Program-made: the position numbers and the translations under genes
Part shown: piece by piece, positions 10,824-22,832 of the stretch
Position numbering within the stretch: position 1 is the stretch's first letter
Layout of the letters: the number at the start of each line of letters is the position of its first letter
Notes under the pieces: generated by a model
What the model saw: only the letters and a program-made list of their open reading frames with translations
Database searches by the model: none
What the model was told of the DNA's origin: nothing
NCBI GenBank assembly: GCA_965203295.1
Contig: CBDBCZ010000002.1
Coordinates: 1-24,374 of the forward strand
DNA length: 24,374 nt
Source of the DNA: Nitrospirales bacterium
Lineage (GTDB): Bacteria; Nitrospirota; Nitrospiria; Nitrospirales; UBA8639
Direction: 5' to 3'

Positions 10824-11326
10824 CGGGTTCTAAGTATGTGGAATCAAGCCTCACTACCAGTAGTGAATCTCCTCCCCCCCCCCCCCCTGACTATGGCTGG
10901 AGTATGACAGGGGATGGGGGTCTAAAAATCGAGTGGGACACAGAATATGTACTAGCCCTAAGAAACCAAGTACAGCATTTGATTAGGGGTTGCAAGTGTA
11001 AAAAGGGCTGTCAAAATAACCAGTGTGGATGCAGACAAAAACAAAACTGTGGACCTGGCTGCTTATGTCTCAAATGTTGCAACTCACCAAATTCAACAGA
11101 TGGAGGCAATTCAGTGAATCCAGCTGACCCTTGTAGCTCCAGCAGCCAACCTTTGGCAATCCGGTCAGAAGTGAGCCTTTATGAGTCGGAAGAATTCAAA
11201 CAAGAAATGATAATTGCTGAAGAAATTGTATTGTGCAGTGAATCAGAAGATTTGGCTAGTGATGCAAGCTTTTGTAACTCTGACGTCTCACAGGATGTTA
11301 ATAGTGAAGAGGAACTACTATATTAA
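10824..11326 (+). pseudogene. 3' remnant of an Academ(X)-type DNA transposon ORF (C-terminal Cys-rich/CXC-like finger), frameshifted
   Basis: RVLSMWNQASLPVVNLLP (frame of ORF 10689) joins, across the poly-C at ~10875-10888, PDYGW...LKIEWD...GCKCKKGCQNNQCGCRQKQNCGPGCLCLKCCN (frame of ORF 10805). The W.QA...P..YGW...C.C..GC....C.C...C...C.C..C.N pattern is the one I recall for the C-terminus of Academ proteins. No upstream catalytic region is present. Confidence 0.6.
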
Positions 11327-12100
11327 TAGATTCACAAAATCCTATGGTATCATTTGGAGTTGTCCCAAACCCGTTTAAACACTTGCAACCAAACTCTCAC
11401 TTACACTACTACTACTTTAGTGTATGATGTTAATACCTACGTGCACATTACCTGTGTTATATAACTCCATCCTCCAAATTGAAACAGCAACGCTACAGCG
11501 CTTCCGCGGCTTCAAAACTGTACTTGAAACAGCCTCCGCTAAACTACTCGTAAAATAATCAATAACTTCGACTGAACACCACTCGTGACTGAAAATAGCA
11601 TATTTCTTTCCAACTAGCCATGATACAGTCTCAGATGATCACGGACGCTGCTCACAAACGCCGAGAAACTGCAGCACCCAACCAGCCACGTGGCACAGCC
11701 ATTTTGTAATTGCGTCGTTTCCACGCTTGCAAATAAAATTGCGATAATCGCACCGCCGGCGGATTGACTGTATACTATGCATGTATGGGCCATCTATTGG
11801 TCTTTGGCGTTGTTATTTCAGCCTATTTGTATATGTCAATGCACTTTATTATAATAAAGTCATAAATAAAAATACAATGGGCACATGTACAAAAAATAAT
11901 GCAAATTCTGGCTATGGTCTATGGATAAGTGTAGCTATCAATGCCTATGGCATAATTATATTAAGTCACAGTACGCGCCACTTAGCCTTCTCGGCCGTGA
12001 CTGCAATCGCCGGTTGCTCGTGCCAGTCGAGGAGGAGTGGCCTGGCGCCTGGGAACGAGGTTAGCCAGTCTTCTACTCCGCCTCGATGCTCCACTGCATC

Positions 12101-12791
12101 ATTGTCCGGTTGCGCAACCGGGTAGCGCTTGAGTTGTCTGGTTGTGCAACCGGGCAATGCTTTAGTTGCCCGTTGTGTAACCACGGTTGCACAACTGGGC
12201 AAATCAAACTGCCCGATGCGCAAACCCGTGGAAAGTGCCATCCGGTTGCGCAACGGGACTGTCCCGCGCGTAACCGGGTAGCGCTGGAGTTGTCCGATTG
12301 CGCGACCGGGTAGCGCTGGAGTTGTCCGGTTGCGTAACCGGGTGGCGCTGGATTTGTCCGGTTGCGCAACCGGGTAGCGCTGGAGTTGTCCGGTTGCGCA
12401 TCCGGGCAAGGCTTTAGTTGTCCGGTTATGTAACCGGACAATGCTTTAGTTGTCCGGTTGTGTAACCGGACAATCCTTGAATTGTCCGGCTGCGTAACCG
12501 GGTAGCTCTCGAGTGGACGGTTGCACATCAAACTGCCCGATGCGCAACCCCGCGGAAAGTACCATCCAGTTGCGCAACGGGACTGTCCGGTTGCGTAACC
12601 GGGTAGCGCTGGAGTTGTCCGGTTGCGTAACCGGGTAGCGCTGGAGTTGTCCGGTTGCGCAACCGGGTAGCGCTGGAGTTGTCCGGTTGCGTAACCGGGT
12701 AATGTTTTATTTGTTAACCGGACAATGCTTTAGTTGTCCGGTTGTGTGTAACCGGACAATGCTTTAGTTGTCCGGTTGTGTAACCGGACAA
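12101..12791. repeat. 32-bp GC-rich palindromic minisatellite with ~324-bp higher-order repeat
   Basis: Units GTTGTCCGGTTGCGYAACCGGGTAGCGCTGGA and GTTGTCCGGTTGTGTAACCGGACAATGCTTTA; landmark tcaaactgcccgatgcgcaa at 12204 and 12528. Confidence 0.93.
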
Positions 12792-13798
12792 TACTTAATC
12801 CGTAATCTATTGCATTTTTTTTTTTTTTGCCTTTTTTAATATTTTGATTTGTACTGGTGTTTCCAGGTGGACACTGTCCATGGTTTGCTCTGCAAGACCC
12901 TCCCCATCCACACGCAGCTGCTTGGCCACCAATCTCCAGGCCTGCGCTTCAGAGCTGCTTCATGAAATGAGGGTCTACTTCCTAAACCTCACCACCCCGC
13001 CCTGCAGTCTCACTCTCGGACTGACACATCCCAGACCTCAGCGCCCATAGGGATGAGACTCTCACAGGCAATCACTTTCTCCAGGATTGTGTATGACCTG
13101 ACAGTGCTGGATCTGAGGTACATTCCATTCACCCTCTCGCTGCCTGGAATGACTTGTGCTACCAATCCTCTCCTTCTCTACAGTAACTGCCCTTCAGCAC
13201 AACATGCATGTGAAACAGTCTAGTTTGTTGTGTGTGCAGGTTATATTGGTAGCACCTGTCCAACTCTCCCTCCCTCCCAGGACTCAGCTCAAGGCCTTCC
13301 TAACACATGCCTATAGCACTCACCACGACATTAGTAACATGAGCTCATCATTATATATCTATGCAGCTAGCCATGCAGGTTTACTGCTTGGTAGCCAACG
13401 GCCACAGCAGTTTATCAAAGTGTATGTAGGCTGAGCAACACGTACGCGTACTCAGGAAGAACCTTGAAACAACATTTACAGCACTCATTTCAGCACGCAC
13501 TTGCCATCTCACAGCCATGGAAGTTCTGGATTTCCCACCACAGTACTTGTGCAATCGTAGTTTATCAGCCTCATTCCCAGTTGGCAGTCTGCAGGGAATG
13601 TCTCTATTGATAGTGCCAGGTCATCCAGTGACACATACCTGTACACTTAATCAGCCAGCTTCATTATGTAAGAACTAAGCATTGTACTAACATGCATGGG
13701 TAGCCCATTCCATTAATCGTCCAATCTGTTACACTGCACGTGCCCATCCTACTTTTAGTACAGTCATTATAATACAGCTAAAAAACCTCAAGAAAAGG

Positions 13799-15736
13799 CT
13801 ATGGCTTTGTTTGGATGAGAACAGCAGACGGTAGTAGTCCTACATGTGTGGGTGGAAAATCAGTCAGGCAACATAATATTCTCAGCCATATTGTAGCATA
13901 CCAAGTTCTTCAAGACTCCTCCCAGCCTCCTCATCAGTAAACACCCGTCTAGGAAAGGATGTCATGAGGGCAAAGGGAACACTGGGGCCTGATTCGATTG
14001 CTGTAATGTGCTGGAACACCTTGTCCAAGCTGTCTGAGGCCATGAAGGTGTGGACCAATGTCTTGCCACCAAACAAGCGAATCTAAGACAGTCCATCATT
14101 AGCTCATGCCATAACATATTGAGGTACACTGAGTACTAGTGTTGGATGTTATAGCTGACCTGCAATCTACAGCTGGTATACTCCTTGGTGACTGATGGTT
14201 TGCTACTCTGGGACTGCGTTTGCAGTACTGCTGTTCCTTTTCCCTGTAGAGCCCTCTCGGCACGGTCTCTTGCTATCTGCTCACGCACCCTTTGCCTATA
14301 CAAAATATACCCAAGAGCACGAGTTACTAAGAGTGACATCAATATCCCTTATCAACCAAGTAAAAGGCCATGAGTAAGCAAGCACGACTATATAGCAGCA
14401 CCTATTCCCTTCAAGCAATCAAGAGAGCAACAGTAAATTAAGCGAAGTCTACTATGTGAGGCAAAGGAACTCCACGAACTCTGGCGCTGCCCATGTTTCC
14501 AGGTAACACAATAAGTTCCTTGGATAGAGCTACAGTCACGTACTTATGTACATGCACTCTTGGAAACGTTAATGGGCTACAGCCAAGCATGTACCTTGCC
14601 AGTCTCTCTTCTAGCTTCTCTCTCTTCTTCTCTTCAGCGATCTTCTTGGCCTTTGCTAGTTCCATTCTGCAGCACAATCACAAACCCAATCACATATACC
14701 TGTAAACCACCTACCATGCATTCACTTACTGCTGCTTCATTTCAGTAAGCTCTTTGCCTGTCTTCCTTCTAACCTTCTCACGTTCAATAGCCACCTATTA
14801 TGCCATTGCAATAATCATGCAAGGCTATTAAACATAATTCATTCCACCCACCTTTTTCTCGTCTTGGTCTCTGTCTTGCCTCCTTTGCTTCATTTGATCC
14901 TGTAGCCTGCAGCAACAATGACTCCACATGGCAATACATACTATACATAGATATAGCCATGCTCTACCACTTTACAGACGAGCTAATCCTTACCTAGCAA
15001 GCTGTGCTGCTTTTTCTTCTACAGTAAGTGATCGAATCTCTTCAGTGGACTCCGAGAAGTTGGTGTGCTTGGTCCTTGCTGCATGGGCCTAAGCAGAGGA
15101 ATACTTTACAGTGCTGCTTGGGAATCATAAAGCAGTATACAGTTCACACCTGCGCCTCAAGCTCACTGCGAAGAAGCTTCCCACAGCTGAACCAGAAGGG
15201 TAAAGTATAGCACCTGAGAACTGGCCAAAGACCACACTTAAGAAGCCTGCACTGCTTACTCATCACATTTCAGTGACTTTGCCTGTGCAGCTGTTGTACC
15301 CTCAGCTTCCAAAGAACTGGTAGGATCTCATAAAGAAAAATACTCTGAAGAGCAAGATAGCATCAATTAATAATCTATATAGTATACCCGATCCAAGTCT
15401 GTGTCCTGAAGGGTCATAGGGTTCATCAATGTCTGGGTCACTTTGGTGAGCAAGTAACCTGCAACAAAGAAAATTCCAGCTCATGCAGTTCGCACTTTGT
15501 TCAGTTTTGTTTCAACACACCAATCCATCGCTCGTTGAAGACCTTGGTTCCCCGTACTTGCCAGAGCCTTTTCACTGTATAATTACAAAACGACAAAAAA
15601 CACAGAAACTGGGACACTAACGCGCTGATCGACTATACTATACGTATACCAGTATCTAAGTAGTAAGTACTTACGCTCTGTTTCTCTGGAATCCCATTTC
15701 AACCAGAGACTCTAAAGCTGTCTGTAAAGTCGCCAT
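13799..15736 (-). CDS. UBXN1: UBX domain-containing protein 1-like (UBA - C2H2 ZnF - coiled coil - UBX; p97/VCP adaptor), ~311 aa, 12 exons
   Basis: Exons 15736-15675, 15574-15521, 15458-15388, 15326-15260, 15186-15150, 15088-14994, 14906-14852, 14794-14730, 14666-14595, 14295-14160, 14082-13902, 13839-13799; all GT-AG, 936 nt in frame. UBA: LESLVEMGFQRNRAEKAL..TGNQG...AMDWLLAH. Coiled coil: ARQRVREQIARDRAER. UBX: CRLQIRL...LMTSFPRRVF...SLEELGLLPSAVL. The exon 4 acceptor (GAG) is the least certain boundary. Confidence 0.9.
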
Positions 15737-16410
15737 AGCATAGAGCCAGTATCTGCGATGGAGCACTGTAGAGATCCGAGCAGTGCCTTTTCCTGGCACT
15801 CGCGAATAAACCCTAAACAGGGAAAGCACCCAATACGCGTGACCTTTAACCTAGGCAAGTGTATTACCAGTGCAGGATATTTACATAGATAAGGCTATAT
15901 TATCGATATTTACTGCTCTGAGTAACAGAGTAATTCTTACCACAACGAATTTCTGCTAAAAATGTGCGCCAGGGAATAAGCCAAAACAGCAAACCGTGAG
16001 GTACAGCAAGCAGCCTCAATCCAAAGTTCAAAGCTACGTCATCAGCACAGTTTCGCAAGAGTGCATGCAATGTCATGTAGTGGTACCCATTTGTTTTTCC
16101 CTGGTCTGTCCCATCAACAGTGAAGTTTCTAAATTTTCCTGGTTGCAATCCTGACAACTGCACATGCCTTCATGCACAACACCAGAGATTAACTTGTCTC
16201 TAATGGACTCAGTGCCAGCAGACGCCAGCCTAACCCAGTTGCACCCGAGCTGTCTCTGTATAATTGTACCAGTTCCATGATCATGGTGCTCACAATTCAC
16301 GTTTCCAGTCTTGCACCTGGTTTCAGGATTGTCAATTTACATAATTATACTTGCATCCTAACTCCAACCGCCCACCAAATTTGCATCTGATGGCCTCTAA
16401 GCAAAGGGTT

Positions 16411-17867
<1,457 letters not shown>

Positions 17868-18125
17868 TCTCCCCAGAAAACGCACGTGCTATTTGACCTT
17901 TGGCCTATTAAATTAAGGTAAAGGGAAAATTCGCAGACCGTGCATGGTCTGGGCTGACAGCAGCCACCGGTACAGATTGTACACTCATTTTTCCAATGAA
18001 AAATGTGTTACATGCTGAGACTAGCTAGTACTATTAAAGTCTTGCAGCCTTAAAATATGACACTTGGCATGCAATTGTGATACAAATATAAATGAAAAGT
18101 ACATGTACAACTTCATTCAACACTG

Positions 18126-18975
18126 CTAAAGTTCAACCCCAGCTTTCTCCACTGCAAATGGCTGTTTAAGAGGCAGTTTTCCACAATCCAATATTTTCAC
18201 TGGATTAAGGGGGCGATCTTTACCATCAGTGGCAACATTGCCTGCTCCGTAAACAATATCCTATACAGTAGGAAATTTAAAGGTATGCATAATACATGTC
18301 TCAATTACACGATTACTAAATGCCAGCATCAAGTACATGTACATGTATCATAGCTTACCATGCCTTCCAGGACCTTTCCAAAACATGTGTGTGTGCCATC
18401 CAACCATGGGCATTCAACAAAAGTCAGATAGAACTGGGAACCATTTGTATCAGGGCCTGCGTTAGCCATGCAGAGCCACCCAGGGCCATAGTGGTTAAAG
18501 ATGAAGTTCTCGTCACGAAAATAGCGCCCATATATGCTATACCCTCCTGTACCATCTGAATTGGTAAAGTCTCCACCTGCATAGAAAATATATGTCCATA
18601 AGCGCTACAGCAAACTTAATAGTAAGCCTTGATACCTTGCATCATGAAGCCTCCAATAATCCGGTGGAATACTGTGTCTCTGTAGCCATATCCTCTCTGT
18701 GCATATAATGATGTGTGGTCATATTAAACTCTACTGTACTTTGTTACATCATGGCATTAATTATTATATACCTCGTGTGTTGCCAGAGCGACAAAATTTC
18801 TGACGGTTTTCGGGTTAGTCGCTCCAAATAGCCCCAATACTACCCTTCCTGCCGCTGCTCCCTCAATCTCCAGGTCGAGGTAAACCATCTCTGTCACGAT
18901 AGGCTGGTCTGGGAGCCCCACAACCACATTGGCTGCCAAACACATCCACAGCACATGCAGAAGTGCCTGCAACAT
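18126..18975 (-). CDS. Second secretory-pathway cyclophilin (PPIB/PPIC-like paralogue), ~205 aa, 4 exons
   Basis: Exons 18975-18772, 18696-18636, 18576-18359, 18260-18126 (618 nt). Hydrophobic N-terminus; [68 protein letters not shown]; ends [12 protein letters not shown]. Confidence 0.92.
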
Positions 18976-19145
18976 CTTGAGAGTTTGTATGAGAGTTTGA
19001 CAATGGGCCTTTGTGCGAGTATTTCAGTACGGGATCCAATCCCCGTAACGCGTACCGTCCGCAGACGGGGGCGGCTGGTGCGCATGCGTACACTGTGCAC
19101 GTGATTTAAAGTAGGTGGGGCTATATATGCCGAGCTGTGTACAAG
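18976..19145. promoter_or_regulatory. Putative bidirectional promoter (cyclophilin-2 / alpha-galactosidase)
   Basis: 170 bp between divergent ATGs; CCAAT 19036-19040, GC box ~19067-19074, NRF1-like TGCGCATGCG 19079-19088, E-box CACGTG 19098-19103; CpG-rich. Confidence 0.6.
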
Positions 19146-22100
19146 ATGGTGAACCTGCTTGCAGTTGTGTGGCTCCTATGCTTCGGTTCAGGTGCCACAG
19201 CTCTCAATAATGGTAAACATTTTTTTATGAAAACTTGATGATTTCAATTTTACGATTCTGTTATTCTTCTTCCTTGGCAGGCCTTGGTAAGTTGCATTTT
19301 GCAACAGTGTAGGCTGCTGACAAGTTAAATTTTATTTATTCCCAGGCCTTACTCCGCCTATGGGCTGGAACACCTGGTGTACCCAAGGAAAGTAAGTCTA
19401 TTGAATAGGTGTTCAAGGCTCTAGCCCCACACAAAACTGCAATGTAGTGTTGAAGTTCATCACAATTATAGCTAGTGTGCTCTTAGCTGCCAATCACAAG
19501 TAATAAAACCATACATACTACATTACTGGGGTGGGTAATATGGTATGGTACCAGTAGCTGCTGACTGCATGACGTAACACAATAAATAAAAGAACGAGCT
19601 AATTAGACAGTTAACAGCATCCCATGATCCAGGTAGTACATGTATGATAAACATGGTGACAAATATTATGCAGGTCGTGTAGTAATCACAAGTTTAAAAT
19701 TTGAGAGAAACGATGATCAGTTATTGATTTTTTTTTTTATTAAGCATGCACATATTCAATACAGTTTGATGCATTTTAATTTGTCATGAGTGGACTGACA
19801 TGACGTCCAGAAAGCATTTCCTCTCTGTCCAATGCTTTAGTACCTTACTATAGCTATTTATAACACCAGTTGACAGGTAATTTCTTTCTGTCTCAGATGC
19901 GGCCGAGACTACTGTGACAGCAAGGAGATCATGAGTATCGCTGATGCAATGGCTAGCAACGGTATGAAGGAGGCCGGGTATGAGTACATCAACATGGATG
20001 GTACGTAAGCATCTATACCCATTGAGAATGCTGCCATACTGTTCTTTGGCACTTGTGCACGCTCATTATTCACATATTGACAGACAAATGGTGATTAAAC
20101 ACTTGACACCCTTTGAAAAAACTGCATTGCCCTTTTGTGTTTAGATTGCTGGGCAGACTATCGAGATCAGGATGGAACAATTGTGCCAGACAAAATGCGT
20201 TTTCCAGAGTACGTAGGATAATGTCCTTGTAGGCGTATGTATTAACCACCCATTTCAAACCATGTATGTACTTCCCTTATTGGCTGAAACCACAGCTCCC
20301 CCATGCACTGTTGATTACACCATTCTGGTTTATTATGTCACATCTAGAATGTTGACCTGTTGAATTAGAATGGAGACATAGCTGTAAAGCATACAATTTT
20401 ATTTCTGCAGTGGACTTGAACCGGTTATCAAGTATGTTAATGCCAAAGGCTTTAAATTTGGAGTGGTAAGTCTTAAAATTTAGCTTGCTAATTTGAAGGG
20501 GATGGCCGTTCATTATCTGTACTCTTAGTTCTGCACTTTCGGAGTCAAACTGTGTTTCATTCCCAAACTTCATATTTTATGTAAGCTAGTGTGCAGATTG
20601 ACAGAGTTTGGTTGTAGGCATATAGGTACATGTACAGTTTCAAAAAATTGTGCTCAATTTGCAGTCGCATGCAGATAAAGATTGTTCATTCTTCCAGTAC
20701 ACCGATGCTGGTGTGTATACATGTAGTGAGGGAGGACGAGAACACAAGATTCCTGGCAGTTATGGTATGACCATTCAACTACGTTATATACAACCTGTAC
20801 CAGTTTTTAAACTACATGCACTTCTCGCTCATTATCGTCATATAGGCCACTATGAACAGGATGCACAGACATACGCAACGTGGGGAGTAGAATGTAAAGG
20901 CGTGTCATACCTGCTTAAATTAGCAGTATTAATGTTGACTGTGTTACTTCAGATGTCAAGATGGACTGGTGCAATACTAAGATCAATGGAACACAGCTGA
21001 ACCCGAAAATACAGTATCCACAAATGGTAGGTATTTGTATGTGCATGTTATGATGTGTACAAAGAGCTGGGGTGTAAGCATGTTTCACACGTGTACCTTT
21101 CAGTCCAAGGCTCTGAATGCAACTGGCAAGCCAATCTTCTTCAATGCATGTGAGTGGGGGGTTGACGACCCTTGGAAATGGATGGCGCAGTACGCTAACT
21201 CATGGAGGACTGGCTCAGACCACCATGATGAATGGCGCTCCACCGCTGAGATCATAGAAATCAATGCTGACAAGGGCAAGTATGCAGGTACAGAGACATT
21301 TGCATGAGGATCGTACATGTTCATAGTCTAGCACTGCATTCTCTCATGTAAACTTCCAACAGGACCTGGAGGGTGGAATGATATGGATTTTCTTATGACT
21401 GGAGGCCAGGTCGATTGCGTGCCTGCAGTTAACTGATGGTTACTGTCACTTATAATTTGCACTCATGCTTACACAGGGTTGTGACAGTGGACAGCCATTT
21501 CTTCACTGTCCTGGCCAGACAGATACAGAGTACCAGAGTGAGTTCAGTCTGTGGTGCCTAGCTGGATCCTCTTTGCTGGTGGCCACAGACATCCGCAACA
21601 TGACTGCCACAATGACAAAGGTAACCGCACTGTAAGTCGCGAAGCCATACCCAGGTCTTCAGAGTATCTTACTGCACAGGTGCTGCTCAACACAGAGGTG
21701 ATTGCAGTCAACCAAGACAAAAATGGTACATAATAGTAAGGGTTACACCAGTATACAGTTCTTATGGCCTCATGATTTTGTTTTTGTGTGTGTGTAGGAA
21801 AAGGAGGGCAGAGAATTGGTACCTGGCCTTGCAGTGAGGTCAGCAAAGTTGGCTTGCATTCTTATAATATAAAATATGCTTATACTATTATTGCCAACTT
21901 TCTAGGGTGCTGAATACTGTCAAATTTGGGGCAAGCTGTTACATGATGGCTCCTATGCCGTGGGACTCTATAATGCAGTGAGTACATGTACATGTACCTG
22001 AAATGAGGACACCACATAAAGGACACTTTGCCATGTCCCGAATATGCTTTCTTAACATAAAATGTATCGCTGAAATGAGGACACCTCTCTATACAGGACT

Positions 22101-22457
22101 CTCCGTCAGGTCCCCACATGCAATAGAGCTGAAGGGGTTCCACTGTATACATATAGGTTAGGGTTGGAGTATAAACTGTTGCATTAAACGTGGCACCACA
22201 CTGCTCTTATTCAGGGATTGCACACACACCATATCACACTGAATTTCAAACTGCTGGGATTCAGTGGAACAGTTACCATGAGAGATCTATGGGCCCACAA
22301 GGACCTCGGAACCTTTACCAACAAGTTAGCTGTAACTTATCTGCATAATACCTGTACCCTATAAATACACTCAGCTTGAACCTTTTTTTTTTTTAGCTAC
22401 ACTGCTGAAGTGGTGTCTCACGGAGTGGAAGTATACAAAGTTATCCAACTCCAATAA
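19146..22457 (+). CDS. Glycoside hydrolase family 27 alpha-galactosidase (signal peptide), ~411 aa, 17 exons
   Basis: Exons 19146-19212, 19281-19286, 19346-19391, 19897-20000, 20145-20208, 20411-20465, 20698-20764, 20846-20893, 20953-21026, 21104-21287, 21363-21409, 21477-21620, 21680-21725, 21798-21838, 21906-21977, 22215-22324, 22397-22457 (1236 nt, all GT-AG). Motifs LNNGLGLTPPMGWNTW, GYEYINMDDCW, YVKMDWC (nucleophile Asp), CEWG, NSWRTGSD (acid/base Asp), GPGGWNDMDFL, EVIAVNQD, RDLW. Confidence 0.93.
21996..22147. mobile_element. One-ended pogo/Tigger-like MITE fragment in GH27 intron 15
   Basis: Terminus ggggttccactg|ta (revcomp TA|CAGTGGAACCC); internal repeat ctgaaatgaggacacc at ~21998 and ~22071; the opposite TIR is missing. 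Confidence 0.6.
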
Positions 22458-22832
22458 AGTGACTGCTTCTTAAAGATGTGTGCATGAGATTATATTAAGT
22501 GACTGATTCTTAAAGACGTGTGAGTTTATATTATATTTTTTTAGTTCACTATATACCGTACGCTGAGGCCAGTTTCATGACATTGTGTGTATGAAGAGTA
22601 TGAATAGCAGTGAAATTTCAAGAGTAGAATTATGAATGGCAAATGTAAATTAACATACACCATAACAGATTACTAAAATTTAATATCAAATGAATGTACA
22701 CATCATTACACTAACGTGCAGAAGAGCAATCCCCTGTTGGGCTCATGCACTTGTGATTAGCTTAATCTCAACAGTTTTGTGTGCAATTAAAGCAAGAGTA
22801 CAGAGTTGTGATTCAGTCCTCCCTCAGGTTCG

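Noticed and set aside
10980..11085. Metallothionein or host tesmin/LIN54 gene
   Set aside because: The upstream W.QA/P.DYGW context, the frameshift and the 5' truncation fit a transposon remnant better.
11966..12531. ORFs of 147 and 152 aa with repeats such as ATGQLQRYPVAQPDNSS; also a CRISPR-like palindromic repeat
   Set aside because: These are translations of the 32-bp minisatellite; all frames give permutations of one 32-aa cycle, and there are no unique spacers.
13440..13645. Possible extra minus-strand exon downstream of UBXN1
   Set aside because: UBXN1 already ends with a complete UBX domain and stop at 13799; no recognisable peptide is encoded here.
15808..15816. AAACCCTAA telo-box upstream of UBXN1
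   Set aside because: A single 9-mer; telo-box function is established in plants, and there is no support for it here.
15868..16320. Possible TIR element (ccagtgcagga ... tcttgcacctgg) and ORFs 15900 and 16073
   Set aside because: The inverted match is short and gapped, there is no TSD, and the ORFs have no recognisable motifs.
22457..22532. ~40-bp tandem duplication right after the GH27 stop codon
   Set aside because: Real, but an ordinary short 3' UTR duplication with no sign of function.
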